64,000 nucleotides of DNA, from the NCBI GenBank assembly GCA_965205865.1, contig CBDBHR010000029.1:352001-416000 (forward strand). The letters run 5' to 3'. Below the pieces are notes generated by a model. It worked only from the letters and a program-made list of their open reading frames with translations. It was not told the DNA's origin and made no database searches. A program made the position numbers and the translations under genes. Positions 42,640 through 53,849 of this stretch are shown in pieces; positions within the stretch are counted from its first letter, which is position 1, and each line of letters starts with the position of its first letter. The DNA is from a bacterium (GTDB lineage Bacteria > SAR324 > NAC60-12).

Positions 42640-42924
42640 ATGACGATTCAAACCTCATATACAAATGCCCGTCAAAATTTAGCAAATTTGTTAGATGAAG
42701 TGACACTCAATCAAGAAGTGGTCATTGTTAATAGAAGAGGGAAAGAAGATGTCGCGATGATTTCAGCATCTGAATTAAATAGTCTGTCAGAAACGGCGCA
42801 TCTCTTTCGATCCCCTAAAAATGCAAAGCGTTTACTCTCAGCATTACAAAGAGCAAAGGCAAACTCCGTATCACCGCAAAATATTGAACAGCTTAAAAAA
42901 GAGATAAAGCTTGATGAAGAATAA
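42640..42924 (+). CDS. yefM: YefM/Phd antitoxin
   Basis: SYTNARQNLANLLD...ETAHLFRSPKNAKRL. Confidence 0.92.
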   Translation: MTIQTSYTNARQNLANLLDEVTLNQEVVIVNRRGKEDVAMISASELNSLSETAHLFRSPKNAKRLLSALQRAKANSVSPQNIEQLKKEIKLDEE

Positions 42925-43183
42925 ACCTCGTGATGCGGTTTTTCAGTTAGAATTTCGAGAAGATTTAAAATACTGGGTTAAGCAGGATCGAAAAATTGCT
43001 TTAAAGGCTTTTGAACTGATCGAAGCCATCATGAGAGATCCATTCAAAGGAATAGGAAAACCTGAGCCTCTCAAATACTTGGATTCAGGCACATGGTCTC
43101 GTCGATTAACTCAAGAGCATCGAATTGTCTACTTGGTGAGTGATAATAAAATAGATTTTCTACAAGCACGGTATCATTACTAA
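42914..43183 (+). CDS. yoeB: YoeB/Txe toxin
   Basis: GIGKPEPLKY..GTWSRRLTQEHRIVY...RYHY. Confidence 0.95.
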   Translation: MKNKPRDAVFQLEFREDLKYWVKQDRKIALKAFELIEAIMRDPFKGIGKPEPLKYLDSGTWSRRLTQEHRIVYLVSDNKIDFLQARYHY

Positions 43184-43191
43184 TATTAATT

Positions 43192-44053
43192 GGCAGTGTT
43201 TTAAAAACTGTTGATATTGATCTAAACAACGAGTCCAAACTCATAGCGATTCACAAATAATCCAATGACAATATCATGCATTTGTCGAGATTTAGAGAAA
43301 CAAATGGTTTTACGGGCTAACCTTTTAATTCGAGTCCGCAAAGTGAGGTGTTTTCTCTCAATTTTTTGCGTATTTCTTTTTCCGATCTGATGTTTATCTG
43401 GGTCGAGGTCTCGCTCGCAGGCTCCCCAGTCTTCGCTATAAAAACATGGAATGCCAAAAGGTTTGAGGAGTTGTTTCAACTTGAGAAAAACCTCATCTTT
43501 TCGGCTTCCTGAGACATAGGCTGAGACTTGACCTGTTTTGTGATCAATGGCGTGCCACAGCCAGCGCTGCTGTTGTTTCTTTCCTACAAAACTCCACATC
43601 TCATCCATTTCAGCCTCTTCGACTTTGACAATCTTGATTGTCACTTCATTGGGGTCGAGTTGATGGAGTAAATTCAGATTCACCGAATCGAGATCGGATT
43701 CTTTTTTTTTAATTCATTAATGACGGGCAGTGCTGATCCCCAGAACCCGAGAGGTGTCTCGAGTGCCGCTACCATTGAGGGCCATCTCAATAATTTGTTG
43801 ATTCGTTTCTGTCAGGCGACCCTTCTAAGAATAATCTAAAATAAAGGTTTGACAGGAACAAAATTGACACTGACAAAGATACCTTTTCCTGCCTTCAGAG
43901 CTTTTGCCATGTTTCACGACTCCAGTGCCCAGGCAAGAGGGGCGGCGAACTGGTTTGAGAACCATATATACCTCCATTGAATCATCAAAGATTGAAAAGC
44001 AAATGTAGAGAATACATGATTTTTGGATAAATCAACAGTTTTAAAACACTACC
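43192..44053 (-). mobile_element. IS1-family element (insA with premature stop, insB intact)
   Basis: TIRs GGCAGTGTTTTAAAAACTGTTGAT / ATCAACAGTTTTAAAACACTACC. InsB EMDEMWSFVG, TQKIERKHLTLRTRIKRL. A-run frameshift site near 43702. Confidence 0.9.
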
Positions 44054-44247
44054 CAGGAGTTGAAGGAGTCGCTGGGTTTCTAGGGAGTTCACCCCTCCTG
44101 ACCGACTGAAGAGGGAGCTGGGAGGGGCATGCTTCCCCGCTCCTATTCTCGTTAAATAATGGGAGGGCGACGGGATTGGGACATTTCGGCTCGCAATGAT
44201 AATTGAGGGTTGGCAATGACGGGGGAACTCGTGACGAGGAGTGTTAC

Positions 44248-44514
44248 ATGAGAGCCTATATCATCAGGAGATTGTTACTGATCATCCCCACCTTGTTTAT
44301 CTAGAGCATCCTGGTCTTTCTCTCCGTCCGCTTCATCCCGGGCGATGTCATAGACGTAATAGTGGGCAGGATGGAGTATTCCTTTGCCGACGTAGACCGT
44401 GAAGCGCTTGAGCGTATGCTGGGATTCGATTTTTTCGCAACTGGAGTGGTGCAGCTCAATCTCCTGATCAACCTGATTTATCCTTATTTAGACGCGAGGG
44501 TGCGGTATGAATAA
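44248..44514 (+). pseudogene. DppB-like permease reduced to its N- and C-termini
   Basis: MRAYIIRRLLLIIPTL*... joined to ...LIYPYLDARVRYE*. Confidence 0.8.
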
Positions 44515-44568
44515 AGAGGATTAGACTGAAGGCTGTTAGGGCAAATCAGTTTATAAGCAGTGTTAAAC

Positions 44569-44903
44569 TGTAATGGTTCGATAGCTTATATCCAATTCAC
44601 AAATGTGTCATTCCGAACGAAGGTGAGGAATCTCGAGGATCTCTCCCCGCGGTCGAGATGACATCAAGGAATACAACTTAACTAGTGCTTGGCCGAAAAT
44701 TAGATAACTACATGATATTTAATGGTATTCACATATTTTCAAGAAACGAAGATTTTGGGGAAACTCATCAAAAATCTCTTTTTTTGTTGATTTTGGCAAT
44801 CTGAACACTGTATCAAACAAATCTTCATCCTATGAAATTGAAGAAATGTCATTTAATATCAGCAATTTGAGTATTTTTCTGCCAAGCACTAACTAACCAT
44901 TAT
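44569..44903. mobile_element. MITE family B copy (TGTAATGGTTCGATAG ends) interrupted by a nested MITE
   Basis: Aligns with 61433-61557. Right end is split by the insertion at 44683. Confidence 0.75.
44683..44891. mobile_element. MITE derived from the ISNCY element at 7411
   Basis: TIR TAGTGCTTGGC / GCCAAGCACTA. Body is the reverse complement of about 7411-7592. Confidence 0.85.
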
Positions 44904-45194
44904 ATAATTTTCTAAAAGTACTATTACCACCTCACGGGTTGTTTTACCTTCTGCTTTTGCAAATTGATTCACTCTATTTTAGAGTTTTGGATCGATACGA
45001 ATAATCATTTGAGTAGACAGAATGATTCCAGGCTAATGGTTGATATTGTATATACGAGATATGTAAACATTTTTTTAGGGGGTCAACTGGAAAAAGAGGG
45101 GTGGGATTGCTGAGAGAAATCAAAGTGATAGGCAAAATAAACCTTTCCTAAATTGTCCTCATAAAGATAGCCCCATATATTTTCTAAATCACCT

Positions 45195-46147
45195 TTATGT
45201 TGTGTTCCGATTTTTTTCGTTGTTCCTTTTGTGTTGCAAATCATATGCTTTCTCAACCAATTCATAGGTTGACTTCCAACACTCCTCACAAAAATGCTCA
45301 AATTTTAAATAATCTTCATTTTCAATGACTAGAGGTATTCCTACCCTCGGTCTACCATTAGAGATTTGCCACCTTGCCAGAGTTTGGATGTATTGAGATC
45401 TTCTTGTATTATCTATTACAATAGGAGGAAGTCCTGAAATGATTAGCGGCAAGTTTGACAGCAGTCTCGCTAACCTTCCATTCTCATCAGCAAAAGGATG
45501 AATTCTTACAAATGATGCGTGTAACCAGGCATAGTCTTTCACAGGTTTGGTATTTGGACTGATGAGAAAACTATTTAATTGTTCAATCCATCTTTTCATC
45601 AAATCGGATACCTCTTCAGGCAAGGCATAGGTATCATTAATGACTGTTTTTTCATCTAAAATAATACTTGTTGAATTGGGGTCTCTTTTCCAGTCTCCTA
45701 CTGGATGATAAATATCTATGATGACTTGAGACTGAACTACTTTGTGGAGATCAAATATCTCTTGAAATATTATTTGACCGTTTTTTTGAGTATATGTCTG
45801 AATCAGGTCAATTGCTTTAGCATGTCCGACGACTTCATTATGATGAGATAGTGGTTTTCCATTTATAGTTAATCCTTCGGTCAAAACCTGGTAAGTTTCT
45901 CCTAAAGTGAGAGTATTCTCTTCAATAGCACTAGAAGTATATGTCCATAATATCCTTAATTGTTCTTGGAGTGACTTTTTTAATTGTTCTTGGAGTGACT
46001 TTTTTCGGTCAAAACCTGGTAAGTTTCTCCTAAAGTGAGAGTATTCTCTTCAATAGCACTAGAAGTATATGTCCATAATATCCTTAATTGTTCTTGGAGT
46101 GACTTTTTTAAATCATCGTCTAAAACACTAAGATAATTGTTAGCCAT
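45195..46147 (-). pseudogene. Fic/DOC family protein disrupted by a 128-bp duplication
   Basis: SSAIEENTLT, HPFADENGRLAR. Removing 128 bp restores a 274-aa frame. Confidence 0.85.
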
Positions 46148-46246
46148 AAATCCTCTAATGAAAGATTATTTTTTAATGCCTTACTATTTGTGAAAGTCGG
46201 GTGAAAAAATGAGATGCGCTGTTAAGCGTCATCTCCAGTGGCTTGT

Positions 46247-46495
46247 ATTCGCCCGGCACATAATCCAGTGGGGTGCAAGTCCCCTGTAGGTAAACCACTG
46301 ATCCCCATTCATGGAACCGATCATTCGGCACTGGCGGGAAACCAGCCAGCAAACAGTGAACATACGGTGTTTCTACCAAAAGGGTTTATCATTAACTATT
46401 AGCGACTGGCAAGGGCAAACTTCCGAGGGGCTGTCTGAAGGAAGCCACGAGCAAAACGACCAGCCGACGAACAGAAATTGCATTAAAGGCCAGCT
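46247..46495 (+). ncRNA. 5' fragment (domain I) of a group IIC intron
   Basis: CGCCCGGCA...GGGTGCAAGTCCC...TTAGC..GCAAGGG...TCTGAAGGAAGC...GCAAA...GACGAACAGAAA follows the IIC domain I pattern. Preceded by TTGT and a hairpin. Confidence 0.75.
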
Positions 46496-46807
46496 TCCCA
46501 ATTTAACGCTTGATCTGATGAAATAATAAGATTAGCGTTTCCTTATCAAATGGAGAAATCTTTTGAGAACCGATGAATTGTTTTATACTCTACAAGGTTA
46601 CAACTTGTGAATTTTTTAATGTTTGAAACTTAAGAACCCGATTGGTTAAATAACGTTGAAAAAGATTCCCGGGGAGGATCCATCGCCTTCACATCCTCCC
46701 ACAGTATTGTTCAATCGATCGAGCGGGAACTCTCTCCTTCACTAAAACAACTTGTGAAGGCATGATTTTAGCACTACTACGCAGCGTCAAGCCCCTAATG
46801 TAAAATA

Positions 46808-47023
46808 ACCTGAGTTCGACATAAATCTTCAATAATATGAGTATCCTAGTGTATATGTCATCCTCGCGAAACTTGTCCCCGCGAAAGCGGGGAGCGGGGA
46901 TCCGGATTTCAGTCTGGCTGCATACCTCCGGATTCCTGCTTTCGCAGGAATGACAAGGTTTCTCTAAGATATGAAGACTCCATAACATATTGAATTTATT
47001 AAATTCTTATCTCGAAATCAGGT
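46808..47023. mobile_element. MITE family A, copy 2
   Basis: Near-identical to 41828-42021 plus a 22-bp internal expansion. TSD TAAAATA. Confidence 0.85.
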
Positions 47024-47383
47024 TAAAATAAATGCAGGATTCGCAAAAAATTAAAAAATCAATAATTCCGGGAGATCCGCTCCTTGATGATATGGATAAA
47101 GCAAAAGGAGTTATTGGGGAACAAATACGGAAGATTAAAAAAAATTCTTTAGCAAGTCAGGATCAGGAGGATTGCGCAACAATGGAGGTCAGCTATAAAA
47201 AATCTTTAGCGGTCCATCGGCATGAGCCAAAAAATGAGGAGTTCTAATTGCTCTTGCTTTCATTGCTCTCGTTCTTTTTCAAAGAGTTGACATGTTTCTT
47301 GAAGAGCCTCGAGGTTGTGAGTCGATGAAATGAAATCAATATATTTTTGAACTTTCGAGAGCATAATGTCCTTTTTGGATTTT

Positions 47384-48506
47384 GGTACTGTACGAAAAAA
47401 TTAGGGTGATGGAAATTTCATCATCAAGAGTTCTTCAAGAGCAAGCCGATGATCGATCAACCCTTCAATCATGGCAGCTGATTGTTTTTGATATTTGACT
47501 TCAAAACGCTTCGCTTCCGGATTGATACATTCTTGAGCGGCTTGATTTTCATGAACGAAATTGTAAACGGCTGTAATCCAGTCAATATGGGCATCATGCA
47601 GTTTCACTTTTTTAGAATGACACTGAGTCTGTCGTATCAGTCGTTTGTTGTCTTTACGATATGTGCCATTGCGGCTCTCCACATAGCTGGTGTTGATGGT
47701 TTTGGCTCGGCCTGCCGCTTGAATTATGCTCAAGATCTCTTGTTCGTCTCCTAGAATGATTCGCGTTTCGATTTCAGTTAAACGCCCGTTGGTTTAATGT
47801 TTGACGACTTGAGCATATTTCAAAGAATTATCCACAATCTGAATCGGATGAGGAGGGCGTCCTCGCCCCGAATAAGGAACAGATTTCCAGAAACAGTAGT
47901 GTTTTTTGAGAATCTCCTCGTAGCTACTCCAGCCATCACTGAGGAAAAGAGGTGCTGCTCCATCGCTGTTGGCTTTGATTTTGCCGATGAATTCATCGGC
48001 CATCTCTTGAGTGCGTTTGCCATGATGGACTGTGTGAATGAATCCACTGTCGGGAAGGACATTGACAAAACTCCAGCGATCACCCCGATCTTCCCACGGC
48101 TTTTGCTCGTCTGGAAGCTTGGCTTTTTTTTAAAGTAAAGGACCAAAACTCATCAATTTGACATTGATCCAAGTGCGCATCACGCTCCAAATAAACGGTG
48201 ATTTCACACACATGTTGGGCTGCTTTGAGTAACCAACCCGAGTTCGAGATAAGAATTTAATAAATTCAATATGTTATGGAATCTTCATATCTTAGAGAAA
48301 CCTTGTCATTCCTGCGAAAGCAGGAATCCGGAGGTATGCAGCCAGACTGAAATCCGGATCCCCGCTCCCCGCTTTCGCGGGGACAAGTTTCGCGAGGATG
48401 ACATATAAACTAGGATACTCATATTATTGAAGATTTATGTCGAACTCAGGTTAAATAACACAGTTTTAGGGAAAACTCAGTTTATCCTAATTTTTTCGTA
48501 CAGTAC
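47384..48506 (-). mobile_element. Degraded IS1-like element
   Basis: TIR GTACTGTACGAAAAAATTAGG / CCTAATTTTTTCGTACAGTAC. Fragments DEFWSF, FLSDGWSSY, INTSYVESRN. Confidence 0.7.
48236..48451. mobile_element. MITE family A, copy 3 (inverted)
   Basis: Reverse complement of 46808-47023. Confidence 0.85.
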
Positions 48507-48612
48507 AAAAAATCTTGGTAGTGGTTTAATATTAAATCTTGACATGTAGTAAAAAAATTACCACTATAACATTATAATTTGAATCGCTTGGCGAAGGAGT
48601 GAAAGATGTACG

Positions 48613-48873
48613 ATGTTCTTGAAAAAGAAGGTCGTGAAACAATTGAAAAAGTTACAGATTCAAATTCAAGAAAAATTTGATGATTTGGTAACAGATTTAG
48701 AGGAGACTGGCCCGATTCAAATCGAGTGGCAGAACTATAGCAAATTGAGTGATAAGGAATATCACTGCCACCTTGCATACTCCTGGGTGGCTTGCTGGAG
48801 ACATGAAAAAGAAACCATCATGATTGAGGTGTATTATGCAGGTGGTCGTGAAAAATCCCCCTATTCGAGTTGA
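48613..48873 (+). CDS. RelE/HigB-like toxin (5' end possibly frameshifted)
   Basis: GPIQIEWQNYSKL..YHCHL..WVACW...IEVYYAG.RE. Toxin-first, overlapping an XRE gene. Confidence 0.6.
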   Translation: MFLKKKVVKQLKKLQIQIQEKFDDLVTDLEETGPIQIEWQNYSKLSDKEYHCHLAYSWVACWRHEKETIMIEVYYAGGREKSPYSS

Positions 48874-49201
48874 GGGGGAGATCCCAGAGACCGTTCTAGC
48901 CTTTTTTCAATCAAATTTTGAGGAAGTCGAAGTCATTGAAGATGATGACGAAGAGTTGGTCAATATCCGTGATACCGACTGGTATCAAGAAATGCGAAAA
49001 AACTGGTACCCTGGCAAATCGGTTAGAACGTATCGAGAAATTATGGGACTCACTCAGCAAGAATTGGCCGAGCGAGTGGGGGCGACGGATCGTCAAGTGA
49101 TCTCAAAGATTGAACGAGGGAAGTTGCCGATTTCAAAGAAAATGGCCTTGGCTTTAAGTGAGCTTTTCAATCGCCCCTTGGAGCGGTTTTTGAAGGTTTG
49201 A
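48836..49201 (+). CDS. XRE-family HTH antitoxin (HigA-like)
   Basis: REIMGLTQQELAERVG...ISKIERGK. Confidence 0.8.
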   Translation: MQVVVKNPPIRVEGEIPETVLAFFQSNFEEVEVIEDDDEELVNIRDTDWYQEMRKNWYPGKSVRTYREIMGLTQQELAERVGATDRQVISKIERGKLPISKKMALALSELFNRPLERFLKV

Positions 49202-49286
49202 GAGAAAAATAGGGATTCCCAGGGCACAGGGGATTGGCTCAGGATCGTACGAAGATCGGCTTGCAACTCGCTGACCACGGGCAAGG

Positions 49287-50117
49287 CTATTTCGTCTTGC
49301 GGAGGCCGGGAGAGGGGGGCGAGTGGGCCAGACGGTTCAGGGCATCCATCGCGAAGCCCACACAGAAGACGTTCTTGTCCTCACGAACTACGGCTTTTAA
49401 AGCGAGCACCGTGGGCTCCAAGGCCGGACTCATGATCTCGGTACCGTGGGAACTGAGGATGACCAGGGAGCAAAGGACGTTCTCCCGTACCGCCGAACGG
49501 ACCGGCTCAAACCGGTCGAGGCCAAAATCTTTGCCGATCCCCTCGCAAATGTCGCACTCCTCGGTGGGCCGCACGTGATGGATGTGTCCTCCTTGTGCCT
49601 GGTCCATACTCAACCGATTCGCCTCACGAGATAAACTGCGCACGAGCGCCTCCAGACATGCGGGAACCAGGGAGACCCCGACCCCGGTGGCGATCGCTCG
49701 ACGGCCCAGAAAACCGAGGGATCCGGCCGCAACGTGGCGAACGTAGACCGAGGGATCCGCCTTGAGTCGTGTCACCACGGCCTGCAAGACTTCCTCGCTC
49801 AGTGGACTCGCGTCGCCCAGCCCATAGACGCCTGCCTTGCGGACCCATTTGACAGGCGATCGCGTCGCTTCCAGCAACGTCTCCGTCGCCCCTGGCCCAA
49901 CGGCTATCAGGCCATAGGTGGCGGCTCGCCGCACACTCTCTTGCTCGTTGTAGAGTGCCTGACCCAACAGCCGTACGGCCAACCTCGTATCGCCAAGGGA
50001 GGCGAGTTGGTACGCTGCGCCAATGCGGACCGGTTCACCTTCGTCGTGTTTGGTGCGCAGCTGCGCGAACAGACGATCCGCCTCTTTTTGCCGGGCTTGA
50101 GAGGAAAGGTCCGCCAC
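49287..50117 (-). CDS. HEAT-repeat protein (probably the detached C-terminus of the upstream dioxygenase)
   Basis: Repeats VRIGAAYQL, VRRAATYGL, VRKAGVYGL, VRHVAAGSL. Confidence 0.7.
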   Translation of the reverse strand: MADLSSQARQKEADRLFAQLRTKHDEGEPVRIGAAYQLASLGDTRLAVRLLGQALYNEQESVRRAATYGLIAVGPGATETLLEATRSPVKWVRKAGVYGLGDASPLSEEVLQAVVTRLKADPSVYVRHVAAGSLGFLGRRAIATGVGVSLVPACLEALVRSLSREANRLSMDQAQGGHIHHVRPTEECDICEGIGKDFGLDRFEPVRSAVRENVLCSLVILSSHGTEIMSPALEPTVLALKAVVREDKNVFCVGFAMDALNRLAHSPPSPGLRKTK

Positions 50118-50138
50118 TGCCGGTCGCGGAGGCGGAGG

Positions 50139-51244
50139 CTAGCCCGTTTTCTTCCAGTGATGGTGGTAGCGCCAGACCGCGGTGACGTCTTCGGTAGCCT
50201 CGGCGAGATCGATGTGGGTCAACGGATCCGGACCCCGGGTGTTCCAAGGGACTTCGGCAGGGGAGGCGCTGCTGAAGCAGACAGGGTCCGTGGTGCGATA
50301 CACCCAGAAACGCCACATAAAGCGAGGCTTATCGGGCCACGTCTCCCAATCGTCTCGGCGGGGGTTGCCACTGTGGTATGTGTTGTGGGAAAGGAGAACG
50401 ATACTACCGGCCTGAAGCGGGGCGGCTGCGAATTGCCGCACCAGTGGCCACCCCGTAGTCGTGACCGCCTCGCGCATCCAAACGTCGTGGGAGGTGCGGC
50501 GATTGACAATCTCGTCTCTATCGTATTTGGAATCAGGGCCGCTGACAGGCTCAGCCAGGATCGTGTCATTCGGGTGGCGCAGGTCAACGTATCGGCTAAA
50601 TGGACGGTACGTGAAGTCAACGTCAAGGTCGCTCATACCGCTCCGCTCGTAATTATTGAAATTGAATTGGTCCAAGGCAAAGTTGTCCGGGTTCTCTTCG
50701 TGATTGATTGTCCAGTAGTGGGAGTAGGGGATGATCGCGGTTGGCCCCATGTCCTCGTCAACCCTCTGTGGGAAATACAGTATCTTGATCTGCACGGCCT
50801 GATGATGGCGTTGTTTCCTCCCGTTCCATGGGCTGTTGTCGTCCTTGTGCCAGATCTGAACATTGGGCCCGCTGCTAGGGGGCATATTCATTACGAACGG
50901 CACGATCGCCCAGTTTTCGCCAATGAGCCGATTGCATGTCGCGATGAGCCCAGGGGCGTTGAGTACCTCGAGCACCGGCGGAATGCAGGCTGCCCTCAGC
51001 CCTGATGCCAGGCTGAGCGTCATGAGATTCGGATTGGCGACGGGCCGGTGGTCTCCGGAGTGAACCTCTTTTTCTCTGCCGAAGGCTTTTTTTGCTGTTC
51101 GTAAAGCTGATTGTGGACGTCGGAGGGGATACCAAGATTTTCCGGTGCCAACACGACAAATCCTCTACTGACAAAGTCCTCAACCAACCGTTCCGGCGTG
51201 CTGAAGGTCAAGGGAGTGGAGGTAGAATCTGAGCGCTTCATCAT
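50139..51244 (-). pseudogene. PhyH-family dioxygenase, frameshifted
   Basis: FVSRGFVVL, QIWHKD, YFPQ..DMGPTAIIPYSH, HNTYH over shifted frames. Confidence 0.7.
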
Positions 51245-51261
51245 GTTTCCCCTGATTCTAT

Positions 51262-52146
51262 TCACTTAACACTCCCGCCCATGAGGCCTCTGACATAGTA
51301 ACGCCACAGGATTAAGAACAGGAACAGGCAGGGGATGATGTTGACCATGACGCCGGCCTGGAGTGCCCCATAGTCAACGTTATGTGCCCCCGCCTGGCGG
51401 AATTGCCCGGAGGCCGCATCCTTGAGCATAATGGGCAGGGTATAATTTTTGTTATTGGACATGAGAATCAAGGCCGTCAGGAATTCATTCCACGCATTGA
51501 TAAAGGCGAAGATGGCAACGGTGATGATCCCTGGGCTCACCAGTTTAATCATCACCCGCCAGAGCATTTCCAAGGTATTGCAGCCATCCAGCAAGGCGGC
51601 TTCTTCGATCTCGCGGGGAACCATGTCAAAGGTATTGCGCATCAAGAAGACCCCAAAGGGCAGTTGCCAGATGATGTAGACCAGCGCGAGTCCTAACAGG
51701 GTATCATTCAGATTCACCTTCACAAAAAAGATATAAAGCGGGGTCAGGAGGGCTTGGTAGGGAATCATCAAGGTCATCAGCACCAGGATAAACAGGGCGT
51801 TTTTGCCGGGGAAGTCAAACCGTGAAGAGCCATAGCCGCCCACCGTGCTGAGGACGATCGTCCCGATAACTGTGAAAATCGCCACCGCCGCACTGTTGAA
51901 GACATACTGCGGAAGGCCCACGCCATAATCATAGAGCTTTAGATAGTTCGCAAAGGAAATGGCTGAGGGCAGATAGGTCGGTGGCACTGCCGACGCCTCT
52001 GCGGGTGTTTTGATTGAGTTCAGAGCAGACGAAATGATTGGCAACAAAAAGATGATCGCCAGAGTAATGCACACGACATAGAGGCTACGCCTTTCGATTT
52101 TGCGCCACGAGCGGGCCGGCGATTGTGTGGTTGTCCTTGAATTCAT
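51262..52146 (-). CDS. Carbohydrate ABC permease (MalG-like)
   Basis: FPGK, IEEAALLDG, AWNEF. Confidence 0.9.
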   Translation of the reverse strand: MNSRTTTQSPARSWRKIERRSLYVVCITLAIIFLLPIISSALNSIKTPAEASAVPPTYLPSAISFANYLKLYDYGVGLPQYVFNSAAVAIFTVIGTIVLSTVGGYGSSRFDFPGKNALFILVLMTLMIPYQALLTPLYIFFVKVNLNDTLLGLALVYIIWQLPFGVFLMRNTFDMVPREIEEAALLDGCNTLEMLWRVMIKLVSPGIITVAIFAFINAWNEFLTALILMSNNKNYTLPIMLKDAASGQFRQAGAHNVDYGALQAGVMVNIIPCLFLFLILWRYYVRGLMGGSVK

Positions 52147-52190
52147 GGTCAGTTTCCTTCGAGTAGCCTCTTATTGTGCGCCATATCGGG

Positions 52191-52515
52191 TCATAACCGG
52201 GTGTCATCACGCAATAAACGGAGTTGCAGGTAACTTAAAAACAGCAGAATCACCAGCAAGACTATGGAGAGGGCTGCCGCATCGCCCATCTCGAAAGATT
52301 GGAACGCCTCGACAAAGATATTGTAAACGACAGTTATTGTTTTTTGCCGCGGGCCGCCGCTTGTCATGATATAGAACTGTTCAAATGCCAGAAAAGAGAC
52401 GATCATTTGTATAATGAGCACCAAGGCAAAGGTACGGCGCAGCAGCGGCAAGGTAATACGGATATATCGTGACCAGGCGTTGGCGCCGTCAACCTTGGCA
52501 GCCTCATATAGTTCT
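52191..52515 (-). pseudogene. Carbohydrate ABC permease (MalF-like) C-terminal fragment fused to the SBP gene
   Basis: ELYEAAKVDGA..RITLPLL...TSGGP. Confidence 0.8.
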
Positions 52516-53694
52516 TCACCTGCGCTTCTTCCGACGACAACCACGCTATAAACTCCCACGCTTCATCCGGGTGCTTCGAGCCAGCGGGAATAGAAATGCA
52601 GTCACCGCCGATGTAGACACTTTTGCCACCTTCCCTGCCGGGCATTACGAAGGAACCTAAATCGATATCAGGGTGATCTCTCAAAATGGTTGAAAGGCCC
52701 ACCGAGTTTGTGCCTTGCATGCCAAATTTCCCAGCCTTAAACAAAGTATCCCAACCGGCACCAGTATCCCCCTCCGCACTGGGCGTCACGTGCCCGTTCG
52801 TCCACATCCAACGGTAGAATTCCAAAGCAGCTTTGAATTCGGGGGCGTCGAAATAGGCCTCAGTAGCGTCTGCGTTTAAGAAATCGCCACCGCTCGCCCA
52901 AACTGTCCCCACCATGATGTAGGCTACGCAGCCCATGCAAGCTCCGGAGAAGTAGAAACCGTAAATGTCGTCACCCAGCGCAGTGACCTTCTCTATCGCC
53001 TCCTTCATTTCGGCCCTGTTCGTGGGTGGACTTTCAGGATCAAGACCGGCCTGTCTGAACAGATCTTTGTTATATATACTGTGAACGGATGATTTCTTCA
53101 TTTTTTGTCATCCTGAGGGAACCGAAGAATCTTCTTGATTCCCATGAGATTCTTGCTTAGGCAGCCCCCTTAGCTCGGAATGACAGTTCTTTTGAAAAGT
53201 GAAATTTAAACCCGTTTAGAGTATATCATAACTGAGTTATCGAGGAATAAGGGAATCCCATAGAGTCTTCCTCCGACCTTGGGATAGGTAGCCACCTCTA
53301 TATCCCCTTTAATAAAATGATCAAAGTACGGCAGGGCTTGGGCCTTGTCGGTAATATCCAATAATTGACCATCCTTTATTGAACTCCGGAACAAAGGCAC
53401 AATCAATCGCAGCGATGTCGGGCGGTGTGCCGGAAGCCATGGCGATCCCTAGTTTGGGAAGGTATTCAACCATCGCAATCGAGCTGAGCTTGATCCGGGT
53501 CTCATGCGTTTCATTCCAGCCATCGACCAGCGCCTGAAGCTGGACCGCGTTGGTATCGCGAGACCATAAGGTTATCTCTTTAGCCGGAACAAGGGATCAC
53601 CCCCAGTTCATAAGCGAGCAGGACACTTGACATTAACAACAGTGTTTTTTTAAAGAAAATCACTATTGTTGATTTGCTTTTTTGATTATTCATC
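52516..53694 (-). pseudogene. Sugar ABC substrate-binding protein, fragmented and MITE-interrupted
   Basis: GTPPD, LYGIP..DNSVMIY|NKDLFRQAGLDPE.PP, SKHPDEAWEFI. Confidence 0.8.
53075..53225. mobile_element. MITE family C inserted in the sugar SBP gene
   Basis: TIR TATACTGTGAACGG / CCGTTTAGAGTATA and internal TGTCATCCTGAG...CTCGGAATGACA. Confidence 0.75.
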
Positions 53695-53849
53695 TTGTTC
53701 CTTTCGAATGTATGTTCAAAATTAAGGTTTGATTTAAAACCTGTTTTGATTCCCCAAAGCACGTTCTCGACGATTATTCTGATTATTCTTTTCATTTTTA
53801 CCTTTAAGGACGCACTCAGACGTCCATACTTAAGAAAGGATCATGGACG

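Noticed and set aside
49734-51005. 423-aa plus-strand ORF
   Set aside because: Antisense shadow of GC-rich dioxygenase and HEAT genes, with no recognisable motifs.
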